From contig JAAZAR010000008.1 in the NCBI GenBank assembly GCA_012514235.1, positions 4,593 to 68,592 on the forward strand: a stretch of 64,000 nt of DNA, in the 5' to 3' direction. Under the pieces are notes generated by a model. The model did no database searches. It was given only the letters and a program-made list of their open reading frames with translations, and was not told the origin of the DNA. Position numbers and translations under genes: made by a program. The stretch comes from Actinomycetota bacterium (GTDB lineage: Bacteria > Actinomycetota > Thermoleophilia > UBA2241). Positions 31,151-46,205 of this stretch are shown in pieces (within the stretch, counting starts at the first letter, position 1; each line of letters opens with the position of its first letter).

Positions 31151-32496
31151 CGATCCCCGACGGCATCTTCAAAGCATACGACGTCCGCGGCCTCTACCCC
31201 GAAGAGCTGGACGAGGCGGCCGCCGAGCGCATCGGCTGCGCCCTGGCGCAGCAGCTCGGCGCCTCCCGGCTCGGCGCCGGCATGGACCCTCGGCCCTCGT
31301 CCACCGGCCTCCTCGAGGCCTTCGCCGCCGGCGCCGCCGCGGGCGGGGCGTCCACGGTGGACTTCGGGCTCGTGCCCACGGAGATGCTCTACTTCGGCGT
31401 CGCCTCGCGCGGTCTGGACGGCGGCGCCATGGTCACGGCGTCGCACAATCCGCCGCAGTACAACGGGATGAAGCTGGTGGGGGAGGGGGCGCTGCCCCTC
31501 AGCGGCGACGCCGGCATCCCGGAGCTCAAGGAGCGGAGCCAGGCGCTTGCGGACCTGCCCGCGCGCGGCGCGGGCACGTCGATCGAGCGCCTCGACCTCT
31601 ATCCGTCCTACGTCGGTCACCTCCACGGCCTGGTCGACGTGACCGCCTTCCGCCCGTACAAGGTCGTCATGGATGCCGCCAACGGCGTGGCGGGCAAGCT
31701 CGCCCCGCTGGTCTTCGGGGCGACCGCCCTCGACTGCGTCGAGATGTACTTCGAGGTGGACGGCACGTTCCCGAACCACGAGCCCAACCCGCTGCTCGAG
31801 GAGAACAGCCGCGAGATCCGCGAGCGCGTCGTGGCCGAGAAGGCCGACCTCGGCATCGCCTGGGACGGCGACGCCGACCGCTGCTTCTTCATCGACGAGG
31901 ACGGCGAGTTCGTGCCCGGCGACTTCGTCACCGCGCTGCTCGCCGAGGCCCTACTGCTCAAGAACCCCGGCGCGAGGATCCTCTACGACCTGCGCGCCAG
32001 CCGCGCCGTGCCGGACGTGATCAGGGCGAACGGAGGCGTGCCCCTGCTCAACCGCGTCGGGCACGCCTTCTTCAAGCAGCGCATGCGCAAGGAGGGCGGC
32101 CTGTTCGGCGGCGAGGTGTCCGGGCACTACTACTTCGCCGACAACTACAACGCCGACTCCGGGTTCATCCCGGCGCTGCTCATCCTCGACCTGCTCTCCC
32201 GCAAGAAGGCGACCATGGCGGAGCTGCTCGAGCCGCTGCGCACCAAGTACTTCATCAGCGGCGAGATCAACTCGACCGTGGCCGACGTCCCGGCGGCGCT
32301 GCGGCGCATCGCGGAGCGCTTCGCCGACGGCGAGCAGGGCGACCTCGACGGTATCTCGGTCGACTACCCGGACTGGCACTTCAACGTGCGGCCGTCCAAC
32401 ACCGAGCCGCTGTTGCGCCTCAACCTCGGCGCCGACTCCCAGGCGCTCATGGAGGAGAAGCGCGACCTGGTGCTGTCCGTGATCCGTGAGGGATGA
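31147..32496 (+). CDS. Phosphomannomutase/phosphoglucomutase
   Basis: Motifs FKAYDVRGLYP, the active-site Ser in VTASHNPPQYNGMK, GIAWDGDADR, and GGEVSGHYYF. ATGA overlap with the upstream gene. Confidence 0.9.
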   Translation: MTIPDGIFKAYDVRGLYPEELDEAAAERIGCALAQQLGASRLGAGMDPRPSSTGLLEAFAAGAAAGGASTVDFGLVPTEMLYFGVASRGLDGGAMVTASHNPPQYNGMKLVGEGALPLSGDAGIPELKERSQALADLPARGAGTSIERLDLYPSYVGHLHGLVDVTAFRPYKVVMDAANGVAGKLAPLVFGATALDCVEMYFEVDGTFPNHEPNPLLEENSREIRERVVAEKADLGIAWDGDADRCFFIDEDGEFVPGDFVTALLAEALLLKNPGARILYDLRASRAVPDVIRANGGVPLLNRVGHAFFKQRMRKEGGLFGGEVSGHYYFADNYNADSGFIPALLILDLLSRKKATMAELLEPLRTKYFISGEINSTVADVPAALRRIAERFADGEQGDLDGISVDYPDWHFNVRPSNTEPLLRLNLGADSQALMEEKRDLVLSVIREG

Positions 32497-32497
32497 G

Positions 32498-35480
<2,983 letters not shown>

Positions 35481-35491
35481 GGTCGAACCGG

Positions 35492-36628
35492 GTGAGCGGG
35501 GCCGCGGACACGGGAGCGAGAGGCGCGGGAGCGGCCGGCGCGCCCGGCGGTTCGCGGCTGCGCGTGCGTACCGTCGAGATCCGGCCCGGCGCCGTCGTGC
35601 TCATCGACCAGGTGGCGCTGCCGCAGGAGGAGCGCTACGTCATCTGCCGCACGTGGCGTGAGGTCGCGGACCGCATCACCGACATGACGGTGCGCGGGGC
35701 GCCGGCGATCGGCGTCACCGCGGCCGGAGGGGTCGCGCTCGCCGCCGCCGAGGCGGCGGCGAGCGCGTCTGACCCGGCCGCCTTCGAGGCCGCGCTCGAG
35801 CAGGCCGCGAGCGGCCTGCTGGCCACGCGGCCCACCGCAGTCAACCTGCGCTGGGCGCTCGACGAGATGCGCGCCGCCTGGCGGGCAGCGCTCGCGACGC
35901 CGGGCGCCACACCGGCCGGCGTGGCGCAGACCCTGCTCGCCCGGGCGCAGGCCATCCACGACGACGACGTCGACCGCTGCCTGCGCATCGGCGAGCACGG
36001 CGCCGCGCTGTTCAAGGCCGGCGATCGCATCCTCACGCACTGCAACGCCGGCGCGCTCGCGACGGCCGGCTACGGCACGGCGCTGGGGGTCATCCGCTCG
36101 GCCGCGGCCGCCCACCCGGACGTCTCCGTGTGGGTGGACGAGACGCGGCCGTGGCTGCAGGGCGCACGACTCACGGCCTGGGAGCTCCAGGTCGAGGGCA
36201 TCCCGTACCGGCTGATCAGCGACAACATGGCCGGGTACTTCATGCGCCGCGGCGAGGTGGACGGCGTCGTGGTGGGCGCCGACCGCATCGCGGCGAACGG
36301 CGACACGGCCAACAAGATCGGCACGTACAGCGTGAGCGTGCTTGCGCGCGAGCACGGCGTGCCGTTCTACGTAGCCGCGCCGCTCTCGACGGTGGACCTC
36401 ACGATCGAGGGCGGCGATGCCATCCCCATCGAGGAGCGCGACCCGGCCGAGGTCACCACGTTCCGCGGCGAGCAGGTCGCGCCGGAGGGCGCGCCGGCCC
36501 GGCACCCGGCCTTCGACGTCACGCCGGCCGCCAACATCGACGCCATCGTCACCGAGGCCGGCGTGCTGCGGCCGCCGTTCGGGCCGGCACTCGCGGCCGC
36601 CTGCGGCGGCGGGGAGTGCCGGCCGTGA
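35492..36628 (+). CDS. mtnA: S-methyl-5-thioribose-1-phosphate isomerase (MtnA / eIF2B alpha-beta-delta-like family)
   Basis: Motifs VRGAPAIGVTAA, the catalytic Cys in ILTHCNAGALAT, ETRPWLQGARLTAWEL, and the Asp in GADRIAANGDTANKIGTY. It starts at the GTG at 35492. Confidence 0.85.
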   Translation: MSGAADTGARGAGAAGAPGGSRLRVRTVEIRPGAVVLIDQVALPQEERYVICRTWREVADRITDMTVRGAPAIGVTAAGGVALAAAEAAASASDPAAFEAALEQAASGLLATRPTAVNLRWALDEMRAAWRAALATPGATPAGVAQTLLARAQAIHDDDVDRCLRIGEHGAALFKAGDRILTHCNAGALATAGYGTALGVIRSAAAAHPDVSVWVDETRPWLQGARLTAWELQVEGIPYRLISDNMAGYFMRRGEVDGVVVGADRIAANGDTANKIGTYSVSVLAREHGVPFYVAAPLSTVDLTIEGGDAIPIEERDPAEVTTFRGEQVAPEGAPARHPAFDVTPAANIDAIVTEAGVLRPPFGPALAAACGGGECRP

Positions 36629-37782
36629 GCGCGCGGCCGGCGAGCACATCCGTGCGCGCGTACCTCATGGCCGCCGGCCTGGGTACGCGCCTCTACCCGC
36701 TCACCGGCCTCACGTCCAAACCCATGGTGCCGATCCTCAACCGGCCCGTCATGGAGCACCTGCTCCACCTGCTGCGCAAGCACGGGATCACGGAGATCGC
36801 CGCCAACCTGCACTACCATCCGGACAAGATCAGCTCGTACTTCGGCGACGGCTCCGAGTTCGGCGTCGAGGTGCGCTACAACCTCGAGGAGCATCTGCTC
36901 GGCACCGCCGGCGGCGCCGACGCCTTCCGCGACTTCCTCTCCGGTTCCACCTTCCTGGTGATGAGCGGGGACGGCCTCACCGACATCGACCTCACCGCGT
37001 TCCTGCGCGCCCACCGCGACTCGGGCGGCGTCGCGACCATGGCCGTCAAGCAGGTCGACGACCCGTCGCTGTACGGCGTCGTCGTGCACGACGACCAGCT
37101 CCGCGTCACCGGCTTCCAGGAGAAGCCTCCGCGTGAGGAGGCACTCTCCAGCCTCTGCAACTGCGGGATCTACGCGTTCGAGCCCGGCATCTTCGACTAC
37201 ATCGAGCCGGGCGCCTTCACCGACTGGGCCACGGACGTCTTCCCGGCGATGCTCCGCGACGGCTTGCCGTTCCACGTCTGGAAGCTCGAGGGCTACTGGA
37301 ACGACGTGGGGAACATCGAACAGTACCGCGTCGGCAACTTCGACGCCCTGCTCGGCCGCGTGGCGCTCGACATCCCCGGGCGCGAGGTCGCGTCCCGGGT
37401 GTGGGTCGGGCAAGGCACCGACATCGAGGCCGGCGCCCGTCTGGAGCCGCCGATCCTCCTCGGCGCCGGGTGCCTCGTCGAGTCGGGGGCGGAGCTCATC
37501 GGCCCGCTCATCATCGGCGACGGATGCGTCGTGGAACGCGGGGCCGTCCTGGAGGGGGTCATCCACTGGGACGGCGCCAAGGCCGGCAAGAACGCGCGCC
37601 TCGCCGGCAGCATCCTCGGCCGCAACGTCGTCGTGCACCACGAGGCGGTGGTGCACGAGGATGCCGTGATCGGCGACCGGTCGGAGGTGGCGCCCCACGC
37701 CGAGGTCGACGCCGGCGCTCGCCTGGAGCCCCGCACCTGCGTGGGGCCGGACGAGCACTGCACGGGAGCCGAGAAGCCGTGA
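36625..37782 (+). CDS. Sugar-1-phosphate nucleotidyltransferase with a C-terminal left-handed beta-helix (paralog of 29993..31150)
   Basis: Motifs MAAGLGTRLYPLTGLTSKPMVP and GYWNDVGN, followed by hexapeptide repeats. 385 aa. GTGA overlap with the mtnA stop. Confidence 0.8.
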   Translation: MSARPASTSVRAYLMAAGLGTRLYPLTGLTSKPMVPILNRPVMEHLLHLLRKHGITEIAANLHYHPDKISSYFGDGSEFGVEVRYNLEEHLLGTAGGADAFRDFLSGSTFLVMSGDGLTDIDLTAFLRAHRDSGGVATMAVKQVDDPSLYGVVVHDDQLRVTGFQEKPPREEALSSLCNCGIYAFEPGIFDYIEPGAFTDWATDVFPAMLRDGLPFHVWKLEGYWNDVGNIEQYRVGNFDALLGRVALDIPGREVASRVWVGQGTDIEAGARLEPPILLGAGCLVESGAELIGPLIIGDGCVVERGAVLEGVIHWDGAKAGKNARLAGSILGRNVVVHHEAVVHEDAVIGDRSEVAPHAEVDAGARLEPRTCVGPDEHCTGAEKP

Positions 37783-38609
37783 AGGCCGGGCTGCGGGTGC
37801 ACGCCGGGGGCGCACTCGACGGCCTGCTCGACCTCGTCTTCCCCCGACGCTGTGTCGTCTGCGGCCGCTCGGGAGGCTGGCTCTGCGACGGCTGCGCCGT
37901 CGGACTGCGCCCGCTCCCGGACGACCGCTGCGGGCGGTGTGGCGCGCCGCTGCGGCGGGCCGGCAGGCCCGCCCGTCCGGCGCGCCCCGGCGCCCTCGGC
38001 CGGCGCATGCCCGCGTGCCGCGAATGCGCCGGCCGCGACCTCGCCTTCTCGAGCGCCTCGGCCGCGTTCTGCTACGACGGCCCGGCCCGGGCGCTCGTCA
38101 CCGCCTGCAAGTTCCGCGCCCTGCGGACGCTGGCCGATGAGCTCGCCGGGCGCGCGGCGCCGGCCTTCGCGCCGGTCGCCGCGCAGGCCGGCGCCGGCGC
38201 CGTCGTCACGTCCGTGCCGGCGCACCGCGACCACCGCCTCGACCGCGGCTTCGACCTCGCCGAGTCGCTCGCCCGCCGGCTTGCGGCCGATGCCGGACTC
38301 GCCTATGCTCCGCTGCTCCGCCGCGTGCGCCACGGGTCCCGACAGAGCGGGCTCGACCGGGCCTCGCGGGCGGCCAACGTCCATGGCGCGTTCGCGTTGC
38401 GCGAGGGCGGTTTGCGGGTAGGTACTAATCGCAAGCGAGTGATCATTGTTGACGACGTCTACACCACAGGTGAAACGTTGAACCAGTGTGCGGAAGCGCT
38501 CGCTGTCGCAGCTCCCGACCTCCGCGTCTTCACCTTCGCACGCACCGTCCGTGCGACGCCTGCCCAAGCATCGCGAGACCACGCCGTCCCGAAGGAGCGA
38601 TGTCGATGA
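37779..38609 (+). CDS. comF: ComF-family phosphoribosyltransferase-domain protein
   Basis: An N-terminal double Cys pair (CVVCGRSGGWLCDGC..CGRCG) and a C-terminal PRTase motif (VIIVDDVYTTGETL). It shows the conserved comF-hpf-secA-prfB synteny. Confidence 0.8.
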   Translation: MKAGLRVHAGGALDGLLDLVFPRRCVVCGRSGGWLCDGCAVGLRPLPDDRCGRCGAPLRRAGRPARPARPGALGRRMPACRECAGRDLAFSSASAAFCYDGPARALVTACKFRALRTLADELAGRAAPAFAPVAAQAGAGAVVTSVPAHRDHRLDRGFDLAESLARRLAADAGLAYAPLLRRVRHGSRQSGLDRASRAANVHGAFALREGGLRVGTNRKRVIIVDDVYTTGETLNQCAEALAVAAPDLRVFTFARTVRATPAQASRDHAVPKERCR

Positions 38610-39217
38610 AAACCCAGATCAAGGGCCGCAACGTCACCGTCACCCCAGCTCTGCAGGACTACGCGAACGAGAAGATCGAACACGTGCACAAGCTCCTGCA
38701 GCAGCGCAAGATCGACGAGGTCACGAGGGTAGAGCTCGAGCTCAAGGTGGAGAAGAACCCGAGCATCCCCGAACCGGCCATCGCCGAGGCGACGGTGTTC
38801 ACGCGCGGTCCGGTGATCAGGGCGCGCGAGTCGTCGACCGACATGTACGCCGCCATCGACCTGGTGACCGACAAGCTCGTGCGCCGCGTCAAGAAGTACC
38901 ACGACAAGATCCACGGAAGGACGAGGCACGGGCACGAGAAGATCATCCCGCCCGCGCCCGACCTGGAGCTCGCCCCGGTCGCGGCGCTCGGCGACGAGTC
39001 CGTCGGTGAGACCGACGAACACGCCGGCGACAACGGACGCATCGTGAAGACCAAGCAGTTCGCGCTCAAGCCCATGTCGGTGCATGAGGCGACGCTCCAG
39101 CTGGAGCTGGTGGGACACGACTTCTTCGTGTTCACCAACGCCGAGTCGAACAGGACCAACGTGGTGTACCGCCGCAAGGACGGTCACTACGGCCTCATCG
39201 AGCCGGCGGAGAACTGA
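38600..39217 (+). CDS. hpf: Ribosome hibernation promoting factor, long form
   Basis: An N-terminal S30AE/RaiA domain (MKTQIKGRNVTVTPALQDYANEKI), a linker, and a C-terminal dimerisation domain (IVKTKQFALKPMSVHEATLQLELVGHDFFVFTN). A GAAGGAG RBS is present. Confidence 0.9.
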   Translation: MSMKTQIKGRNVTVTPALQDYANEKIEHVHKLLQQRKIDEVTRVELELKVEKNPSIPEPAIAEATVFTRGPVIRARESSTDMYAAIDLVTDKLVRRVKKYHDKIHGRTRHGHEKIIPPAPDLELAPVAALGDESVGETDEHAGDNGRIVKTKQFALKPMSVHEATLQLELVGHDFFVFTNAESNRTNVVYRRKDGHYGLIEPAEN

Positions 39218-39227
39218 AGGGCCGGCG

Positions 39228-39305
39228 GAGGGGTGCACCGGGAGAGACACCCCTCGTCTGAGCCGTCGACGCCGCGCCCGGAGGGCACCGCCCTCCGGGC
39301 GCGGC
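39228..39305 (+). terminator. Two consecutive GC-rich hairpins downstream of hpf (terminator-like, no U-tract)
   Basis: Hairpin 1 is GAGGGGTG-12 nt-CACCCCTC (39228-39255). Hairpin 2 has a perfect 16-bp stem, GCCGCGCCCGGAGGGC-acc-GCCCTCCGGGCGCGGC (39271-39305). Confidence 0.55.
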
Positions 39306-39378
39306 GTGCGACGAACGCGGCTCCCTGTGCGACAATGGGTGGAGACTTCGTTCACGCGACCGCGGGAGTCGATCCCCA

Positions 39379-42015
<2,637 letters not shown>

Positions 42016-42030
<15 letters not shown>

Positions 42031-42100
42031 CCGGCTGCGCCGGTCCGGCCCCGTGGAACGCCGCCGGCTTCGCCCTCTCGTTTCACGGGGCGTGACCGGC
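42016..42100 (+). repeat. Perfect 20-nt direct repeat (TCACGGGGCGTGACCGGCTG) containing the secA stop codon, duplicated 65 nt downstream
   Basis: Copy 1 is at 42016-42035 (the last codons and TGA of secA). Copy 2 is at 42081-42100. Confidence 0.8.
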
Positions 42101-42166
42101 TGACCGGCGACGCCGGACCGCGGCTGGCTGAAGCCGCGGGAGGATTTCGGGTACACTACCTCGGTC

Positions 42167-43328
42167 ATGAGTCCCACCGCCTCAGAAGCACTCGTTCATC
42201 TGGATGCGCTCCGCGAGCGGCTGAAGGACGCCTCCGGGCGCCTCGGCTGGCTGCGGGGCTATCTTTGACCCTCCCGGGCTGACAGCGCAGATCGAGGCAC
42301 TCGAGGAGCAGATGCGTGCTCCCGGGTTCTGGGACGACCAGGACAGGGCGTCGGCCGTCTCGGCCGAGTACAGCCGCGCGAAGCGGCGGCTCCAGGAGTT
42401 CGGGGAGCTCGAGAGCCGCTTCGCCGATCTCGAGTCCACCGAGGAGCTGCTGCGCGAGGAGCTCACCGGCGGTTCCGTCGACGACGAGCTGCTGCACGAG
42501 CTGGTGACCGGCGTCGACCAGCTCGAGACCGACCTCCAGCGCGGCGAGGAGAGCCGCTTCTTCACCGGCAAGTACGACGAGGGCGGGGCCATCGTCACGA
42601 TCCACCCCGGAGCGGGCGGCACCGAGTCGCAGGACTGGGCCGAGATGCTCATGCGCATGTACCTGCGCTGGTTCGAGCGCCGTGGCTTCAAGGTCGAGGT
42701 CAACGACCTGCAGGCCGGCGACGAGGCGGGGCTCAAGAGCGCGACGCTCACCGTGGAGGGCGAGAACGTCTACGGGCTGCTGCAGGCCGAGCGGGGGGTC
42801 CACCGGCTGGTGCGCCTGAGCCCGTTCGACTCGGCCAACCGTCGGCACACCAGCTTCGTCTCCTTCGACGCCTCCCCGATCGTGAGCGACGACGTGGACG
42901 TCGAGATCGACGAGGACGAGATCCGCGTGGACACGTACAGGTCCAGCGGCGCCGGCGGCCAGCACGTCAACAAGACGAGCTCCGCGATCCGCATCACGCA
43001 CATCCCCACGGGCATCGTCGTGCAGTGCCAGAACGAGCGCTCGCAGCTGCAGAACAAGACCGTGGCCATGCACATGCTGAAGTCCAAGCTCGTCGAGCTC
43101 GAGGAGCGCAAGCTGGCCGAAGAGCTGGCTCGCGAGCGCGGCGAAGTGCTCAACGTGGACTTCGGCAGCCAGATCCGCAACTACGTGCTGCACCCGTACC
43201 AGATGGTCAAGGACACGCGCACCGGCTACGAGGTCGGCAACGCGCAGGCCGTGCTCGACGGCGACCTCGACGGGTTCGTGCACGCGTACCTGGTCTGGCG
43301 CGCGGGCGGCAGCGAGCCGCGCAAGTAG
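42167..43328 (+). CDS. prfB: Peptide chain release factor 2, expressed via a programmed +1 frameshift (frame 0: 42167-42265; frame +1: 42267-43328)
   Basis: Frame 0 reads [33 protein letters not shown] and hits TGA at 42266. The +1 frame continues [24 protein letters not shown].. and contains the SPF (RLSPFDS) and GGQ ([12 protein letters not shown]) motifs. Confidence 0.93.
42251..42269 (+). promoter_or_regulatory. RF2 autoregulatory +1 frameshift site (SD-like GGGG - N - CUU UGA C)
   Basis: The sequence CTGCGGGGCTATCTTTGAC has a slippery CTT (42263-42265) followed by the in-frame TGA (42266-42268) and a C. Confidence 0.9.
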
Positions 43329-43342
43329 CGCGTCGCCGGGGC

Positions 43343-43864
43343 ATGGACGCGGCGTCCTCCATCCCGGCCGTGCTGCACGGCAGCACCGTCACGCTGAGGC
43401 CGGTCGTGGAGGGCGACCTGCCGGCGCTCCGGAGCATCCTGGAGGAACCCGACGTGGCCCGCTGGTGGCGTCGCGACGAGTGGGAGCGGGTGGACGAGGA
43501 CGACGCCGTCACGTTCGCCATCGTCGTCGACGGCGTCGTCCGCGGTTGCATCCAGTTCTCGGAGGAGACCGACCCCGACTACTTCTCGGCGGCCGTGGAC
43601 ATCTTCGTCGGCACGGCCGTCCAGGGACGGGGGGTCGGTCCGGACGCCATGCGCACCCTCATCGGCTGGCTGTTCGACTCCCGCGGGCACCATCGCGTGA
43701 CCGTGGACCCCGCGGCGGAGAACGCCCGCGCCATCCACGTCTACGAGAAGCTCGGCTTCCGCGTGGTCGGCGTCATGCGGGAGTACGAGCGCGTCGAGGC
43801 CGGCGTGTGGCGCGACGCGCTCCTCATGGAGCTGCTGGCGGACGACCGTCCGGGGCTCGCGTGA
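43343..43864 (+). CDS. GNAT-family N-acetyltransferase
   Basis: 173 aa with a GNAT acetyl-CoA motif region (VQGRGVGPDAMRTLI) and a C-terminal YEKLGFRVVG. Confidence 0.75.
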   Translation: MDAASSIPAVLHGSTVTLRPVVEGDLPALRSILEEPDVARWWRRDEWERVDEDDAVTFAIVVDGVVRGCIQFSEETDPDYFSAAVDIFVGTAVQGRGVGPDAMRTLIGWLFDSRGHHRVTVDPAAENARAIHVYEKLGFRVVGVMREYERVEAGVWRDALLMELLADDRPGLA

Positions 43865-43868
43865 GCCG

Positions 43869-44870
43869 ATGACGGGCCGTCCATACCCCAAGATCGAGCT
43901 GCACGTCCACCTCGAGGCCACCGTGAGACCCGAGCGGCTGCTCGAGATCGCGCGCCGTAACGACGTGGCGCTCCCGGCCCGCACCCCGGACGGTCTGGAG
44001 CGCTTCTGCCGGTTCGGCGGCTTCGAGGAGTTCGTCGTCGTGTGGGTCAAGACGACCGGCGTGCTCCGGCACGGTCGCGACTTCCGGCAGGTCGTGGTGG
44101 ACTACGCCGCCGACCTCGCGGCCCAGGGCTGCCGGTACGCGGAGGCGCTCTTCTCGCCCTCCGAGCCGATGATGCGCGGCGTGCCGTGGCAGGAGGTGTT
44201 CGAGGGCTACTGCGACGGCGCCGACGAGGCCCGGGAGCTCCACGGCGTGGACGTCCGCTTCACGCCGGACATCACGCGCAACTTCCCGCCCGAGATCGGC
44301 GAGCGGCTCGCGAACTGGGCGGTGCGGTACCGCGACAGGGGTGTGGTCGGCATCAGCCTCGGGGGCAGCGAGGACCGGTTCCCGCCGGCGCCGTTCGCGA
44401 GGGCCTTCGCCATCGCCCGTGAGGGCGGACTCAAGGCGGCGCCGCACGCCGGCGAGACCGCCGGCCCGGCGTCCATACGCAGCGCGCTGGACGACCTCGG
44501 CGCAGACCGCCTGCGGCACGGCGTCCGTGCCGTGGAGGACACCGGTCTCCTGTCGGAGCTCGCCGAGCGCGGCGTCGTCTGTGACGTCACGCCGGTGAGC
44601 AACCTGAGGACCGGCGTGGTGGCGTCGCTCGAGGAGCATCCGCTCCCGACCATGCTGGCGGCCGGCGTCAAGTGCTCCGTCGGGAGCGACGACCCCGTGC
44701 TCATGCAGACGTCGCTCACACAGGACTGCGAGGCCGCCGTCCGCCTGGGGCATACGCCCCGGGGGATGTACGAGCACGGGGTGGCGGGCGCGTTCTGCGA
44801 CGAACGCACGCGCGCCCGCCTCGAGGCCGTCGGCGCAACCTTCGACTGGGAGTCCGTCGACACTCGCTGA
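43869..44870 (+). CDS. add: Adenosine deaminase
   Basis: The metal-binding motif KIELHVHLEATVRPE, plus HAGE and SVGSDDP motifs. 333 aa. Confidence 0.88.
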   Translation: MTGRPYPKIELHVHLEATVRPERLLEIARRNDVALPARTPDGLERFCRFGGFEEFVVVWVKTTGVLRHGRDFRQVVVDYAADLAAQGCRYAEALFSPSEPMMRGVPWQEVFEGYCDGADEARELHGVDVRFTPDITRNFPPEIGERLANWAVRYRDRGVVGISLGGSEDRFPPAPFARAFAIAREGGLKAAPHAGETAGPASIRSALDDLGADRLRHGVRAVEDTGLLSELAERGVVCDVTPVSNLRTGVVASLEEHPLPTMLAAGVKCSVGSDDPVLMQTSLTQDCEAAVRLGHTPRGMYEHGVAGAFCDERTRARLEAVGATFDWESVDTR

Positions 44871-44996
44871 GCCCCGCGCGCCCGGCCCGGCGGGCGCGCG
44901 GGGCACCGTGCGTTGCCAGATCTGACAGCACCGGGCCGCGTCGGCTTGAGGAGGAACGGGCAGGCTGTAAACTGCCGATGCTCCCGGGAGGTCTTC

Positions 44997-46205
44997 GTGC
45001 GCTCGTCGTGGCTGCACACCGTCATCGCTCCGCTGGCCGTGGCCTATGCGGTCGCCGCGTTCCTCGCGCCGCTCGAGGTGATGGAAGTGCTCGGCGTGCC
45101 GTTCGTCGTGGCCGGCGCCTACGTCGCCGGCATGCGGGGCGGGCTCGTCTCCGGCCTCTGGGCGGCCGTCGTCACCGGCGCCGCCTTTCTCCTGACGCAA
45201 GCGGAGTACGCCGCCTCCTACGTGGCGACGGCGGCCGGCTACATCGTCATCGGCGTGCTGGTCGGCCTCGCCGTGGACAACTTCGCCGGACAGCGCAAGC
45301 GGCTGCAGGAGGCCGTCGAGGCGGCGCAACTCGCCCGCAGGCAGCTGGAGGTGAGCCAGCGACGATACCGGCTGCTCTTCGAGCAGAGCGCCGACCCCGT
45401 GTATCTGCACGGCCTGGACCACGACGGCGAGCCTACGCGGTTCATCTCCGTGAACGACGCGACCTGCACGCTGCTCGGCTACACGCGCGAGGAGTTGCTC
45501 GGACTCACGCCGCGCGCGATCGACGCATCGCCCAAGCCCGGCCAGCTGCGCCGGATGATGCACGTGCTCCTCCAGGAGGGACAGGTGAGGTACGAGGGCG
45601 TGCGGCGCACGCGCGACGGCGAGCTCGTCCCGGTGGAGATCAGCTCGAGTCTTTGCTACGTGGACGGGGAGCCGATCGTGCTGACTATCTCCCGTGACAC
45701 CCGGGAGCGGCAGGAGGAGGTGCGGCGCCTGCAGGAACTCACCTTGCGCGACGAACTCACCGGCCTCTTCAACCGGCGCGGCCTCGACGTGATGCTGCCG
45801 GAGCAGGCCAAGCGAGCCAAGCGGTCGGGGCACCCGGTCATCGTCATGTACGGCGACATCGACGGGTTCAAGGACCTGAACGACACGTACGGCCACGACA
45901 AGGGCGATGCTGTGCTCGTGGCCGTGGCGTCGGCCTTGCGCGCGACCTTCCGGGAGACCGACCTGATCGCGCGCCTCGGCGGCGACGAGTTCTGCGTGGT
46001 CGCCGAGGACATCGACGCGGCGCGGCTCACCGGCCGCCTCGAGGGTGCGATGGCGTCCGTCAGCCGCGAGCTCGGGCTGCCGGTCGCGATGAGCCACGGC
46101 GAGGTCCTCTCCGACTGGCAGGGGCTGGAAGAAGCCGCGACCCTGCTGGCGCGGGCCGACGCGCGCATGTACCAGTTCAAGCAGGCGCGGCGCCGGGCCC
46201 GCTGA
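44997..46205 (+). CDS. Membrane-associated PAS-GGDEF diguanylate cyclase
   Basis: N-terminal TM helices, a PAS-like region (YRLLFEQSADPVYLHG..), and a GGDEF domain (RLGGDEFCVV, with RxxD upstream). The GTG at 44997 follows a GGGAGG RBS. The ORF is open from the TTG at 44913. Confidence 0.85.
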   Translation: MRSSWLHTVIAPLAVAYAVAAFLAPLEVMEVLGVPFVVAGAYVAGMRGGLVSGLWAAVVTGAAFLLTQAEYAASYVATAAGYIVIGVLVGLAVDNFAGQRKRLQEAVEAAQLARRQLEVSQRRYRLLFEQSADPVYLHGLDHDGEPTRFISVNDATCTLLGYTREELLGLTPRAIDASPKPGQLRRMMHVLLQEGQVRYEGVRRTRDGELVPVEISSSLCYVDGEPIVLTISRDTRERQEEVRRLQELTLRDELTGLFNRRGLDVMLPEQAKRAKRSGHPVIVMYGDIDGFKDLNDTYGHDKGDAVLVAVASALRATFRETDLIARLGGDEFCVVAEDIDAARLTGRLEGAMASVSRELGLPVAMSHGEVLSDWQGLEEAATLLARADARMYQFKQARRRAR

